Shown here piece after piece: positions 39,195 to 49,104 of a DNA stretch of 64,000 nucleotides. This DNA is from SAR324 cluster bacterium. Lineage in GTDB: Bacteria; SAR324; XYD2-FULL-50-16. The stretch's first letter is position 1. The number at the start of each line of letters is the position of its first letter. A program made the position numbers and the translations under genes. The notes below the pieces were generated by a model that was not told where the DNA came from, did no database searches, and saw nothing but the letters and a program-made list of their open reading frames with translations. The stretch covers positions 503 to 64,502 of the forward strand of contig JANQGX010000051.1 of assembly GCA_028282885.1 (NCBI GenBank). The letters run 5' to 3'.

Positions 39195-40364
39195 TTACTT
39201 TAAGATCAGTTCCAATTGACGCGGTCCCAGGAATTCACCCCCCTCATCAGTCACAATCAGATCTTCTTCCAATCCAACATAACCTATCCCTGGGACTTGT
39301 ATCCCCAGTTCGACAGTAAATGTGTTATTGCGTTCCAGTGGAATGCTGGTGGAGATTCCATAACGTTCCCATTTCGGCCCCACTAATGCGGAACCATCGT
39401 GAACCTCCCTGCCGATTTGATGTCCCAGTCCATGTTTGTATTCTTCGTAGCCACCATCACGAAGCATTTCCCGAGCAGTAGCATCAATCTCCCAACCAAT
39501 GGCACCCGTCTTGTACTCTGCGGATGTGACATCGATAATGCTTTTCACCTTGGCAAAAGCTGCTTTTAATTCATTCGGTGCATCGGATTCATGCTCCCTA
39601 CGGAAATACGCCAATCGTTGTATATCCGAGCAATAATCCTCTAACAGGGCGCCGAAATCAACATGAAGTAAATCTCCCTCTTCCAGAACAGCAGTGGTTG
39701 GAGACCCATGTCCGGGTGCTGTTTTAGCGCCTGCATTTACAATCGGGGGAAATGAGTTCTTCGCACCCTTTTTCGCCAGATTTCGGGTCAGAACTTCAGC
39801 AATATCAATTTCAGTCATGCCGGTTTTGATTTCCCCCATCGATTGATGCCAGCATTGGTCCGCAATTTCCGCAACCTTATGCAACCGCGAAACCTCATCA
39901 GGCGTTTTCCTTCCCCTTAACTTGAAATGAATTTGTTCGGCGGATATAAGACGATCCAGATATGGTGTATCCTTCAAGTGTTTTTGCAGCAACAGGTACA
40001 TGCCATGGGTCAATCCGTCGGCGGATGTACTGGTCTCCGAATAATTGATTGCAATTGTTTGTGGATCCAACTGCTTGAGAACACTGATAATCTCCCGATC
40101 GATGTTTTCCTTATAACCGGTGACAGTTCCATAAATACCCGAATTCTTAAAATCCGCGGTGTCATAAGGCGAGAGTATTGCATGGGTTTCACCCGATTTA
40201 CTAATCATGAATGCCGCTTGGCCTACGACCCCGTGACCGACAACCAGAGGCGTGACAGGATCAGGAATAATTCCGGATTCCCTGCAGAAGATCAACCATA
40301 GGTCGATATTTGTTTCATTTAGAATTTCTATTGCTTGAGATATTTTATCTTTTACCAAGTTCAT
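39195..40364 (-). CDS. M24-family metallopeptidase (Xaa-Pro aminopeptidase / creatinase-like)
   Basis: Pita-bread metal ligands: ...DFGA..., HGLGHQIG, VELGIQVPG. N-terminal creatinase-like domain. The ATG at 40364 has an AAGGA ribosome-binding site; the ORF is open to a GTG at 40394. Confidence 0.85.
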   Translation of the reverse strand: MNLVKDKISQAIEILNETNIDLWLIFCRESGIIPDPVTPLVVGHGVVGQAAFMISKSGETHAILSPYDTADFKNSGIYGTVTGYKENIDREIISVLKQLDPQTIAINYSETSTSADGLTHGMYLLLQKHLKDTPYLDRLISAEQIHFKLRGRKTPDEVSRLHKVAEIADQCWHQSMGEIKTGMTEIDIAEVLTRNLAKKGAKNSFPPIVNAGAKTAPGHGSPTTAVLEEGDLLHVDFGALLEDYCSDIQRLAYFRREHESDAPNELKAAFAKVKSIIDVTSAEYKTGAIGWEIDATAREMLRDGGYEEYKHGLGHQIGREVHDGSALVGPKWERYGISTSIPLERNNTFTVELGIQVPGIGYVGLEEDLIVTDEGGEFLGPRQLELILK

Positions 40365-40573
40365 ATTTTTATCCTTATGCTGGTTTGAATTCACTGTTAC
40401 ATTTCAGTTCGGCAACCACCGGAATCGATTTGAGCCATAGATTTGCATCTGTTGTGCTATTGGATTTGCGAACCTGCTTTTCGGGAATGGAGATTTTTCT
40501 TATTGAAATAACGGTCGAGGGGACCGATGTCCGCCGGTCCTAAGGAATGTTCTTTAATTTTGGGAAACAGGCT

Positions 40574-40921
40574 TTATTTCAAACCTTCAGTCCTGTGACC
40601 AAGACATTTATCACAACAGAATCCATCACCTTCACAACTGATTTGTCCTCCTTCCAGTCGAATAGCTTTTCCTTTCACCAGGGCTTCGGCCACTTTCCTC
40701 CTGGCGCTGGTCAATATTCTGCCCACTGTCTGCCGTGAGACATTCATTTTCTCAGCAACCAGCTCCTGGTATTGACCTTCAAAATCAGCCAGTCGCAAGG
40801 CTTCCACCTCATCCAGTGTCAACTCAATTTCATCAAGATACTGTAATTGAACGCCGGCCGGTTTAAACCAACCGACTTTGGGTACACTGTTGATCGATCG
40901 AGGTGTCTTGGGTCTTGTCAT
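40574..40921 (-). CDS. UPF0251/DUF134 family predicted DNA-binding protein with a C-terminal Cys cluster
   Basis: Sigma-70 region-4-like HTH (EKMNVSRQTVGRILTSARRKV). C-terminal CEGDGFCCDKC. 4-nt start/stop overlap with the upstream FmdB gene. Confidence 0.65.
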   Translation of the reverse strand: MTRPKTPRSINSVPKVGWFKPAGVQLQYLDEIELTLDEVEALRLADFEGQYQELVAEKMNVSRQTVGRILTSARRKVAEALVKGKAIRLEGGQISCEGDGFCCDKCLGHRTEGLK

Positions 40922-40923
40922 AT

Positions 40924-41175
40924 TTATGCCATTGTTTTTCCACAGCAGTTTCCCGGTCCGGGACAACCTACCTCACCCGGTGCCATGCCGCAACAGGAAG
41001 GTCCCGGTTCCGGCATGGCAGGTTTGCCAACCCCGGATAAGGATGAAGGAACAGACAGAAGCTTTTTCATATTGGAGCTGCCGCAGAAACGACAAACAGG
41101 AATGGCATCGGTATTACTGATTAGTATTTCAGCCTGTTTACCACAATCGCTACATTTAAAATCAAACAAGGGCAT
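40924..41175 (-). CDS. FmdB-family zinc-ribbon protein
   Basis: MPLFDFKCSDCGKQ...CRFCGS (CxxC...CxxC) and a Gly/Pro/Cys-rich tail. Confidence 0.65.
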   Translation of the reverse strand: MPLFDFKCSDCGKQAEILISNTDAIPVCRFCGSSNMKKLLSVPSSLSGVGKPAMPEPGPSCCGMAPGEVGCPGPGNCCGKTMA

Positions 41176-41345
41176 TTTTTTCCTTTGGTTTTGAATAGAT
41201 TCATTTGGGTTGAGGCTAATATTTTAAGCATATGCCCAAAACAAGTCAAGAAATAATCCCGCTATTGACAACCCATTTGCGGTGTAAATGATGCCGATTT
41301 AGCAGAATTCAACAGAATTGAAAAGAGAAGATTCAGGGAAGCGGC

Positions 41346-41789
41346 TTAGCCGGGATGAATGGAAGTAATTTCAAAAACTGCAGTTGATGTGTTTGCTTTT
41401 CTGCTGGCCCATATCCGGGCAATGATCCCACCTGTCAACAGTCCGATCAACCCGCAGATAGACATGGCCAATTCCGGCGGTGCGTCAAAAATGGTCAGTT
41501 TGAAACCATCGGCAAGGAATATTCCCACCAGAAGGAGGATAAGCGGAAGTCCGAATTGCATAAAGGAGAGTAACAGGAGGAGATTCCCCGATTCTTTGAT
41601 ACTGACTTTTTGTCCGGGGCGGGCATTGAGCGGATTTAATGCTGTGATCTGCCTTTTCCCACTGCTATCAGGTCTGCACAGAAGGCGGGCATGACATTTT
41701 TTGCAGGAATCGGACTGGTTCAGATTAATGATCGCTTTCTCACCTGAAACGCTTTCAACGAGCCCGATTTCGCAATCCTGGTCGCTCAT
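41346..41789 (-). CDS. rseC: RseC/MucC-family (SoxR-reducing system) membrane protein, last gene of the rnf operon
   Basis: N-terminal Cys motif (CKKCHARLLC), two C-terminal TM helices. 4-nt overlap with rnfB. Confidence 0.6.
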   Translation of the reverse strand: MSDQDCEIGLVESVSGEKAIINLNQSDSCKKCHARLLCRPDSSGKRQITALNPLNARPGQKVSIKESGNLLLLLSFMQFGLPLILLLVGIFLADGFKLTIFDAPPELAMSICGLIGLLTGGIIARIWASRKANTSTAVFEITSIHPG

Positions 41790-42628
41790 TTATTTTCCTG
41801 AGCTGTTGTAACGGGCACCTTAACGGATTCAATCAAACCGATGGCATTGTTCCGGCACTTTGTCGTGGGGACTTCATCGACAACACCGTATACCTCATAG
41901 TTGATTCGGGGCAGGTTGTTAACCATTTCAATCTTTTCCACTCCTGCTCCTTTCTGACAAGCCTTACAACCATTGCATGCTCTGGTGCATGTCAGTTTGG
42001 TATATTTGGCTTCGTCTTCACTTTTGCAGAATACGAACAAATTATGGCTGACAGGATGAACTTCAATAATGTTTCGGGGACAGGCGGTTACACAATTACC
42101 ACAGGCCGTGCATTTCTCCTCATCCACCAATGGCAGTCCGTTATCACCGATATAGATGGCATCAAAGGGACAGGAAACCACACAATCCCCATAACCCAGA
42201 CAACCATACTTGCAAAGCTTGTCTCCGCCGAAGGTGAGATGGGCAGCAAGGCAGGTTTTGATACCTTTGTAAATCGCTTTAGGCGCAGTCTCGGCATTCC
42301 CGCCGTTACAGAGGACTCGCGCCAGTTCTTTTTCTTTGACCTCAGCCTGGACCCCCATAATTCCGGCGATTTCATCCACGCCATCCTGGGTATTGACAGG
42401 GCATCCTGTAATTGCTGCATTGCCGGCAACAATGGCTTCGGCAAATGCGCTGCAGCCGGGAAGACCACATCCACCGCAATTGGCACCCGGAAGCTCTCCC
42501 ATAACCATGTCAATACGAGGATCTACTTCCACGTGGAGTTTTACATGAGCAATAGCAAGACCAATGGCAAACAGAGCACCCAAACCACCCATACTTGCCA
42601 TTGAAACAACCAGTGACGTCAAATCCAT
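41786..42628 (-). CDS. rnfB: Rnf electron transport complex subunit B
   Basis: N-terminal membrane anchor, CGGCGLPGC motif, and multiple 4Fe-4S ferredoxin CxxCxxCxxxCP motifs. Confidence 0.9.
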   Translation of the reverse strand: MDLTSLVVSMASMGGLGALFAIGLAIAHVKLHVEVDPRIDMVMGELPGANCGGCGLPGCSAFAEAIVAGNAAITGCPVNTQDGVDEIAGIMGVQAEVKEKELARVLCNGGNAETAPKAIYKGIKTCLAAHLTFGGDKLCKYGCLGYGDCVVSCPFDAIYIGDNGLPLVDEEKCTACGNCVTACPRNIIEVHPVSHNLFVFCKSEDEAKYTKLTCTRACNGCKACQKGAGVEKIEMVNNLPRINYEVYGVVDEVPTTKCRNNAIGLIESVKVPVTTAQENK

Positions 42629-42676
42629 ATCTTATGTTCCCCAACGATAAGCGAAGTACGCTAGTATTTCAAACTT

Positions 42677-43249
42677 CTATGTAATTCCTGCAAAACCCAT
42701 AAATGCCAGTGCCAGACATCCGGCGACGATCATGGTGATTCCTGCGCCCTGGAAGACTTTCGGAACATTGGCCAATTCCAGCTCTTCCCTAATACCGGCC
42801 ATGATAACAAGAGCCAGCGTGAATCCAGCGCCGGCGCCAACACCGAATACCACGCTTTCAACAAAACTGTACTCTTTCAGAACGGCAAACAGAGCCAATC
42901 CCAGTATTGCACAATTGGTTGTAATCAGCGGCAGGTAAATTCCCAAAGTGTCATACAAAGGTTTGCTGATCTTGCGGATGAACATTTCCACCAATTGTAC
43001 CAAGGAGGCGATAACCAGGATAAAAGACACATATTGAAGGATCTCTACCTTAAAAGGCACAAGAATCAAATGAAAAAGCAACCAGCTGACGATTGCGGTG
43101 ATGGTCATAACGAACATTACAGCCATTCCCATGCTGACAGCGGAGGAGATTTTCTTCGAAACGCCGACAAAGGGGCAAATGCCAAGGAAGTACGACAAGA
43201 CGAAGTTATTAACGATCGCCGCTGATATGAAAATCAATGCCAGTTCCAT
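42677..43249 (-). CDS. rnfA: Rnf complex subunit A
   Basis: 190 aa, six TM helices, typical RnfA/NqrE-like sequence. Confidence 0.9.
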   Translation of the reverse strand: MELALIFISAAIVNNFVLSYFLGICPFVGVSKKISSAVSMGMAVMFVMTITAIVSWLLFHLILVPFKVEILQYVSFILVIASLVQLVEMFIRKISKPLYDTLGIYLPLITTNCAILGLALFAVLKEYSFVESVVFGVGAGAGFTLALVIMAGIREELELANVPKVFQGAGITMIVAGCLALAFMGFAGIT

Positions 43250-43252
43250 CTG

Positions 43253-43861
43253 TTATGCCCTCTTGTTGTTGATAAGATTAACAATACCGATGAGTATCCC
43301 CAGCGTGAAAAAAGCGCCCGGGGGAAGTATCATAACCATCCAGGGATTAAACCAGTCCCCCATAATCTCCAGACCAAACACCGTCCCGGATCCCAACAAC
43401 TCCCTGATAGCACCAAGGATGACCAGGACGAAGAGAAAGCCCGTTGTCATTCCCAAACTGTCCAGCATGGATCGTCCTATGTTGTTTTTGGAAGAGAACG
43501 CTTCCTGTCGTCCCAGAATCAGGCAGTTTACAACAATAAGAGGGACAAAGGGCCCCAGGTCTTTGCTGATGGCCGGGAAAAAAGCTGCCAGGTAACGATC
43601 CGCAATCGTCACAAAGGTGGCAATTATCACGATGAAGCCAGCAATCCGCACCTGGCTGGGAATAATTTTACGAATCAGCGAAATCAGAATACTGGAGCAC
43701 AGCAGGACAAATCCTGTTGCCAGACTCATGGCCAATCCGTTGGTAGCTGAGTTCGTAACCGCTAGGGCCGGACAAAGTCCCAGCAGACTGATCAGGACCG
43801 GATTCTCATCCCAGATTCCTTTTAGAAACTCGTATGTTAGTTTGTTCTTTTTACGTGCCAT
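43253..43861 (-). CDS. rnfE: Rnf complex subunit E
   Basis: 202 aa polytopic protein with NqrD/RnfE-like motifs. 3-nt gap to rnfA. Confidence 0.9.
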   Translation of the reverse strand: MARKKNKLTYEFLKGIWDENPVLISLLGLCPALAVTNSATNGLAMSLATGFVLLCSSILISLIRKIIPSQVRIAGFIVIIATFVTIADRYLAAFFPAISKDLGPFVPLIVVNCLILGRQEAFSSKNNIGRSMLDSLGMTTGFLFVLVILGAIRELLGSGTVFGLEIMGDWFNPWMVMILPPGAFFTLGILIGIVNLINNKRA

Positions 43862-43887
43862 GGCATGTGGTCTGTTTTTAGTATGGG

Positions 43888-44472
43888 TTACCGAGCTTCG
43901 TAAGCTCTTTTAACTTCTGCTATCTGTTCATTCAGGATGTTGGCAATAGCTTGGGATGATATGGTAGCACCTGCAATAGCCTGAATCTGGTTATCTTTTT
44001 CCGGTTTCAGGTTCTTGATCACCTCTATAGCCGGATTGAGAATCAATCCTTCGAATTGTTCGGGAAACCACAGGGGATTTTCCTTGTTGGAAGGATCTAC
44101 CACAATTTTGGTACCCAGACCGGGTGTTTCCACCTGCTCCAGAACCCTCATCTTGATCACCTCGCTGAAATCCGGTTTCACCCCGACCATCATAACAATT
44201 TTGCCCTGGAATCCGTTGCCAGCCGTTTTGAAGGCCAATCCGACCGGCTCTTCCACACCGTTTAGTTTTCCGACATAAATGACGGACGTCTTGGTTTTGA
44301 ATTCATCATAGTAGTCATATTTCGGCAAAACTTCCGCAATTGCCGCTTTTAACTGCTTCATTCTGTTTTCTGCGATTCTGGGTGCCGTATAGCTATCCAG
44401 GGATGAAAGCAACCCGCCGGACAGCAATGAAATGGCGGTCAGCACCACTATCATTTTGACGATCGTTTTCAT
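43888..44472 (-). CDS. rnfG: Rnf complex subunit G (FMN-binding)
   Basis: N-terminal anchor, FMN_bind domain, and the covalent flavinylation motif AGATISS near the C-terminus. Confidence 0.9.
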   Translation of the reverse strand: MKTIVKMIVVLTAISLLSGGLLSSLDSYTAPRIAENRMKQLKAAIAEVLPKYDYYDEFKTKTSVIYVGKLNGVEEPVGLAFKTAGNGFQGKIVMMVGVKPDFSEVIKMRVLEQVETPGLGTKIVVDPSNKENPLWFPEQFEGLILNPAIEVIKNLKPEKDNQIQAIAGATISSQAIANILNEQIAEVKRAYEAR

Positions 44473-45524
44473 GATTTCACCTCCCCGAAATACTTCGGTC
44501 TGGTATATCGGTTTATTATCGGTGTCACTGAATTCATCAGGAGGATCGAATACATTACTCCTTCAGGCAAACCGCCAAAAAGCCTGATCACAACCAGCAA
44601 AACACCGGCGCCAATGCCAAAGATCCAGCTTCCTTTAGGTGTAATAGGAGATGTTACCATATCAGTCGCCATAAAAAAGGCTCCCAGCATTAAACCGCCT
44701 GAGAAGATATGAAACAGCGGATTGGCATAATTTGCGGGATCAATCAGCCAGAACAGACCACTAAACAGAAAAACCGTGCCCAGGAAACTGAGTGGGATCC
44801 GCCAGTCGGCATATTTCTTAACCAGCAGGAAAAGTCCCCCGGCCATAACGGCCAACACGCAGGTTTCTCCAAGCGATCCCCCAATATTACCTGTTATCAG
44901 CGGTTGCAAAGAAGTGAGTATTTTTTCGAATTTGAACTGTCCCAGGGGTGTTGCTGCACTGATACCATCGAATCCTTTAAAAGGTAATGCCCAGGTTGTC
45001 ATGGCAACGGGAAAACTTGCCTGCAGGAAGGCTCTACCAATCAGGGCTGGATTAAAGATATTGAAGCCGAGCCCGCCAAATACCTGCTTTCCGATAGCAA
45101 TCGCAAAGATCGAGCCCAGTATCGCGCTGGTCACCGGCAGGGTTGGTGGCAGGGTCAGTGCCAGCAGTAAACCGGTTATGGCTGCACTGCCATCTTTAAT
45201 GGTATAAGGCTCTTTTTTGATACGGTTTATGACCACCTCGGTCAGGACTGCCGCCACAACGCAGGCAATGATCAATTGAATCGCCGGAATACCAAAATAG
45301 ACAACTGCCATCACCGTGGCAGGAATCAGAGCCGCTACCACCGACCACATGATCACCGGAACATTTGTTGTTCTGGAGTCATGGGGTGAAGAATCAATGA
45401 CAAGCGGTTTAGGTTCCGGTTTGAACAGGTTATCCCTTGGATCTTTTTTGGCTTTTGGTTTCACAGCCTTTTCCGAAACAGGGGGAGTCTTTTCGACTTT
45501 GTCGGATTTTTCTGAGGGTGCCAT
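44469..45524 (-). CDS. rnfD: Rnf complex subunit D, with a Lys/Pro-rich N-terminal extension
   Basis: SSPHDS motif, NqrB/RnfD polytopic core. About 40 aa of K/P/E-rich sequence precede the SSPH motif. Confidence 0.9.
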   Translation of the reverse strand: MAPSEKSDKVEKTPPVSEKAVKPKAKKDPRDNLFKPEPKPLVIDSSPHDSRTTNVPVIMWSVVAALIPATVMAVVYFGIPAIQLIIACVVAAVLTEVVINRIKKEPYTIKDGSAAITGLLLALTLPPTLPVTSAILGSIFAIAIGKQVFGGLGFNIFNPALIGRAFLQASFPVAMTTWALPFKGFDGISAATPLGQFKFEKILTSLQPLITGNIGGSLGETCVLAVMAGGLFLLVKKYADWRIPLSFLGTVFLFSGLFWLIDPANYANPLFHIFSGGLMLGAFFMATDMVTSPITPKGSWIFGIGAGVLLVVIRLFGGLPEGVMYSILLMNSVTPIINRYTRPKYFGEVKS

Positions 45525-45529
45525 TCACT

Positions 45530-46855
45530 CTACGTTTGTTTTCGTTTTAATTCATTGACTTTATATTTGCCCACTCTTAACCACTGTAAAATAGGGATAT
45601 TTGACGGGCAAACATAAACGCAGGAACCACATTCAATGCAGTTTAAAATACCCAACTGATCGCTCTCTTCGTAAAATGCCTTTTCCGAAAGTCTCGACAA
45701 CCGGTTAGGAAGCAGATACATCGGGCAGGCAGTTACACAGGAGTTACAGCGAATACAAGGGTACACTTTCTCTGCAACCTCGCTGGTAAGCCCCGAGCAG
45801 ACAATACCGCTGGTAGCTTTTACAATCGGGATGGACACGTCAAATTGGGAAAAACCCATCATGGGTCCGCCCATAATGACCTGGGTTACATTCTCTTTCA
45901 GGCCACCGCAATTTTCCAAAACAGATTTCAGAGGAGTACCCACGCGAGCCTCAACATTCTTGGGAGTCTGAATGGCATCACCGGTTACCGCTACCACACG
46001 ACTTACCAGGGGTTTGCCTTCGACAACAGCTTCCATGATCGCATGAACCGTTCCCACATTGCTGACGATGACACCAACATCACCGGGTAATCCGCCTGTT
46101 GGAACTTTCCTGTTTACAATCGCCTTGATCAGCATTTTTTCCGCCCCTTGAGGATATTTCACCTTCAGGGGGACCACCTTGAAAGGATATCCGCCAGCTT
46201 CAACACGCTGCCGCATAGCTTCGATGGCATCCTTTTTATTGTTCTCAATGCCGATAAATCCGTCTTTCACGTTAAGAACTTTCATGGCAATCGCCATTCC
46301 TTCCAGAATGCGATCACTCTTTTCCAACATCATCCGATGGTCACAAGTGAGATAGGGTTCACACTCACACCCGTTTAAGATAAAGGTGTCAATCGGCTTC
46401 TCGGGAAGGACCTTCAACTTAACATGTGTTGGAAAGGCCGCGCCACCCATGCCGACGATTCCCGCACTTAGAATAACTTTATCCAGCTCTTCTACGGAAG
46501 CAGATTTCCAATCATCCGGTTTTTCCAAATATTCCCAATCATCCTCCCCTTTCCGTTCGATATGAATCATCGGAATGCGATGACCCATCGAGTGCATGAA
46601 GAATCCAATATTTTTGACAACTCCGGTAACCGACGAATGAACAGGGCTGGATACGAAACCTGACGCCTGGCCGATCACCTGGCCTGTTTTCACTTCATCC
46701 TTTTTCTTTACCAACGGCTCACAGGGCCGACCAATATGCTGTTGAAGAGGGACAAAGACTTCATTGGGAAGCGGTTGAACCTCAATTGGTTTGGAACTGC
46801 TGAACGATTTATACTCGGCTGGGTGGACACCGTGGTCAAACGATAGTAAACGCAA
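45530..46855 (-). CDS. rnfC: Rnf complex subunit C
   Basis: NADH/FMN-binding RnfC core and two C-terminal 4Fe-4S motifs (CIRCNSCVTACP, CIECGSCVYVCP). Confidence 0.9.
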   Translation of the reverse strand: MRLLSFDHGVHPAEYKSFSSSKPIEVQPLPNEVFVPLQQHIGRPCEPLVKKKDEVKTGQVIGQASGFVSSPVHSSVTGVVKNIGFFMHSMGHRIPMIHIERKGEDDWEYLEKPDDWKSASVEELDKVILSAGIVGMGGAAFPTHVKLKVLPEKPIDTFILNGCECEPYLTCDHRMMLEKSDRILEGMAIAMKVLNVKDGFIGIENNKKDAIEAMRQRVEAGGYPFKVVPLKVKYPQGAEKMLIKAIVNRKVPTGGLPGDVGVIVSNVGTVHAIMEAVVEGKPLVSRVVAVTGDAIQTPKNVEARVGTPLKSVLENCGGLKENVTQVIMGGPMMGFSQFDVSIPIVKATSGIVCSGLTSEVAEKVYPCIRCNSCVTACPMYLLPNRLSRLSEKAFYEESDQLGILNCIECGSCVYVCPSNIPILQWLRVGKYKVNELKRKQT

Positions 46856-46999
46856 AAGTTCCTCTTTGTTGGATGCGAATCATTAGAAATAAATAGAAAG
46901 ATCAAACGGTTGCATTTTTAAATTTGTATGAAGAATACCCATTGTCGTTTTTTTATGTCAAGAGGTTAAATAGTTGACTAAAATGATCAACTTTCTCGT

Positions 47000-47551
47000 C
47001 TATTCCATATCCGACTGAAGTCGTTTTATTATCAATTTATTCGTTGAAAAAGCCAGTTCCTCTTCAGCTACATCAAATACTGATTTAAAACAAACCGAAT
47101 TCACATCATCCCCAGCTTTGAGGACCTTCCAGTCCTTCGCGGTGCATTTGTAGACGACATCAACAGGATGGTATATCAGCCCTTCAAACTCATAAACTGT
47201 GGGACAGGAGGCATAATATTCCAGGTCTTCAATCTCCAGATTAAGTTCTTCCTTGATTTCCCGATGTAAAGCATCCTCCAGAGACTCATTGATAGAGACA
47301 AAACCTCCGGGAAAATCAAATTTCCCTTTGTGTGGATCTCCTTTCCTCTCTGAAAGCAACAGTTCCCGATTCTCGTTGAAGAGAAGCGCAACAACTGCTG
47401 CTGTGGGATTGATATAGAAAGAGTATTCACAGCTCAAACAGAGAATCTTGTTATCATTATAGGAGAAATTTTCCTGCCGACCGCATTGAGGACAATAACG
47501 AAATGATTGTCTGAAGGAGTCAAATTTGCTTGAAGCGTGTCGATTGCTCAT
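47000..47551 (-). CDS. NUDIX hydrolase with an N-terminal zinc ribbon (NudC-like NADH pyrophosphatase architecture)
   Basis: CPQCG...CLSCE zinc ribbon. NUDIX box GGFVSINESLEDALHREIKEELNL. Confidence 0.7.
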   Translation of the reverse strand: MSNRHASSKFDSFRQSFRYCPQCGRQENFSYNDNKILCLSCEYSFYINPTAAVVALLFNENRELLLSERKGDPHKGKFDFPGGFVSINESLEDALHREIKEELNLEIEDLEYYASCPTVYEFEGLIYHPVDVVYKCTAKDWKVLKAGDDVNSVCFKSVFDVAEEELAFSTNKLIIKRLQSDME

Positions 47552-47876
47552 GGGGATCCATAATTCCGGTGATTACCTCGATTTTTCATTTATTGGCCCT
47601 GTGGCTCATCCGAAACTCAGAGAACCGTTCTCGGACGGGAAAACCGGGATATTGATCTTAACATCGGAATCCAGGATTGAAGAAAGAGGCCTTGTTGTCA
47701 AATTCAGGTATGATATAGTCCGGTAGCCCATCAACAATTCAAAAAAAAGACAACAGGGTATCGAATCGAACAATGTTAGAGGAGAACCGATCTTGTTTTT
47801 AGGAATGACTGTTGATAAGAGAAGAATAGCATCTTCCGATCAGAATACTATTTAAGGATATGTACAAGGAGCGATT

Positions 47877-48287
47877 ATGAGTTCTCAGGTTTATCACCTT
47901 CCTGTTCAAATCTATTATGAAGACACCGATCACTCGGGAGTTGTCTACCACGCGAACTACCTGAAATATTTTGAGCGATCTCGGGAACATGTCATCGGCA
48001 AGGACCTACTGGTCAAGCTTTGGAAAGAGCACAATCTTGGTTTTGCAGTATACAAAGCTAATATCACATACTCAGAAGGCGCAGAATTTGGTGATATTCT
48101 CGACATCAGATCAAGCTATTGCATCGACGGCAACTACAGGATCATCTGGACCCATGAAGCATGGAAGGAAAACCGATCCAAACCTGCCGTCTCATGCGAA
48201 CTACATCTGGTCTGTATGGACAAAAACAAAAAACTGGTACCCATTCCTTTTGAGTACCTGAAAAAGCTGGAATTACAGACCGGGTAA
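47877..48287 (+). CDS. Hotdog-fold acyl-CoA thioesterase, YbgC/4HBT family
   Basis: VQIYYEDTDHSGVVYHANYLKYFE N-terminal signature of the 4HBT/YbgC family. Confidence 0.75.
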   Translation: MSSQVYHLPVQIYYEDTDHSGVVYHANYLKYFERSREHVIGKDLLVKLWKEHNLGFAVYKANITYSEGAEFGDILDIRSSYCIDGNYRIIWTHEAWKENRSKPAVSCELHLVCMDKNKKLVPIPFEYLKKLELQTG

Positions 48288-48312
48288 TACGGCCAGACCT
48301 GCCGATTTAAGA

Positions 48313-49035
48313 ATGGATTCTTATCTAAACCCAAATGGAGTCGAAAAAATGGAAGATTTTAGCTGTACTATTACTGATCATATAGCTGTCGTGACAATGA
48401 ACTGCGGAGAAAACAGGTTCAATTTTGACTTCTTCAACTCATTTCACAATATCCTTGATGAACTGGAAAAGAACGAAACGGTGTCCGTTCTGGTTGTTGC
48501 CTCTTCCCACGAGAAAATCTGGTCTAATGGCATTGACCTGGAATGGATTTCAAAGGAGATGGAGAGTAAAGGTCCGGAGTTTTTTGAAGTGTTTGCCGTG
48601 GAGCTTTACCGGATGCTGATGAGAATTTTAACCTTCCCCATGATTACCATAGCCGCTATTTCCGGACATGCTTTTGCAGGCGGAGCCATAATGTCATGCG
48701 CTTTTGATTACAGGTTCATGCGCAATGACCGAGGTTGGTTCTGTTTTCCGGAAATCGATATCAAAATCCCCTTTACACCCATCCTGAATGCTATTGTCCT
48801 CAAAGCCATGCCGATTGCCAAACTGAATGAAATGCAATTGAGCGGAGAGCGGTTGACTGCAGATGAATGTCTCGATTATAAGATCATCAAAAAATCCTGC
48901 AGCATGGATGGCTTAATGCCGGATATTATGGAATTTGCCGGTGATTTGAAAAAAGACCGCCAGATGATCAAAACCATGAAGGAGCTTCTCTTCTCGGATA
49001 TCGTTAAGCTGCATCAGGAATCAACAAAGGGATAA
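48313..49035 (+). CDS. Enoyl-CoA hydratase/isomerase (crotonase) family protein
   Basis: Oxyanion-hole region AAISGHAFAGGAIMSCAFDYR. 240 aa, crotonase-fold length. Confidence 0.75.
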   Translation: MDSYLNPNGVEKMEDFSCTITDHIAVVTMNCGENRFNFDFFNSFHNILDELEKNETVSVLVVASSHEKIWSNGIDLEWISKEMESKGPEFFEVFAVELYRMLMRILTFPMITIAAISGHAFAGGAIMSCAFDYRFMRNDRGWFCFPEIDIKIPFTPILNAIVLKAMPIAKLNEMQLSGERLTADECLDYKIIKKSCSMDGLMPDIMEFAGDLKKDRQMIKTMKELLFSDIVKLHQESTKG

Positions 49036-49076
49036 ACTTCTTCGGCGACCTCCAGAACCGAAAATCGAATTAACAC

Positions 49077-49096
49077 GCGGGATTGGTTAATCCCGC
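49077..49096. terminator. Hairpin between convergent genes, possible bidirectional terminator
   Basis: GCGGGATT ggtt AATCCCGC: 8-bp perfect stem with a 4-nt loop. The flanking U-tract is weak. Confidence 0.35.
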
Positions 49097-49104
49097 ATAA
49101 ATCG

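Noticed and set aside
42044-42604. 186-aa plus-strand ORF over rnfB
   Set aside because: Antisense to rnfB. Its Cys content mirrors the ferredoxin motifs of the real gene.
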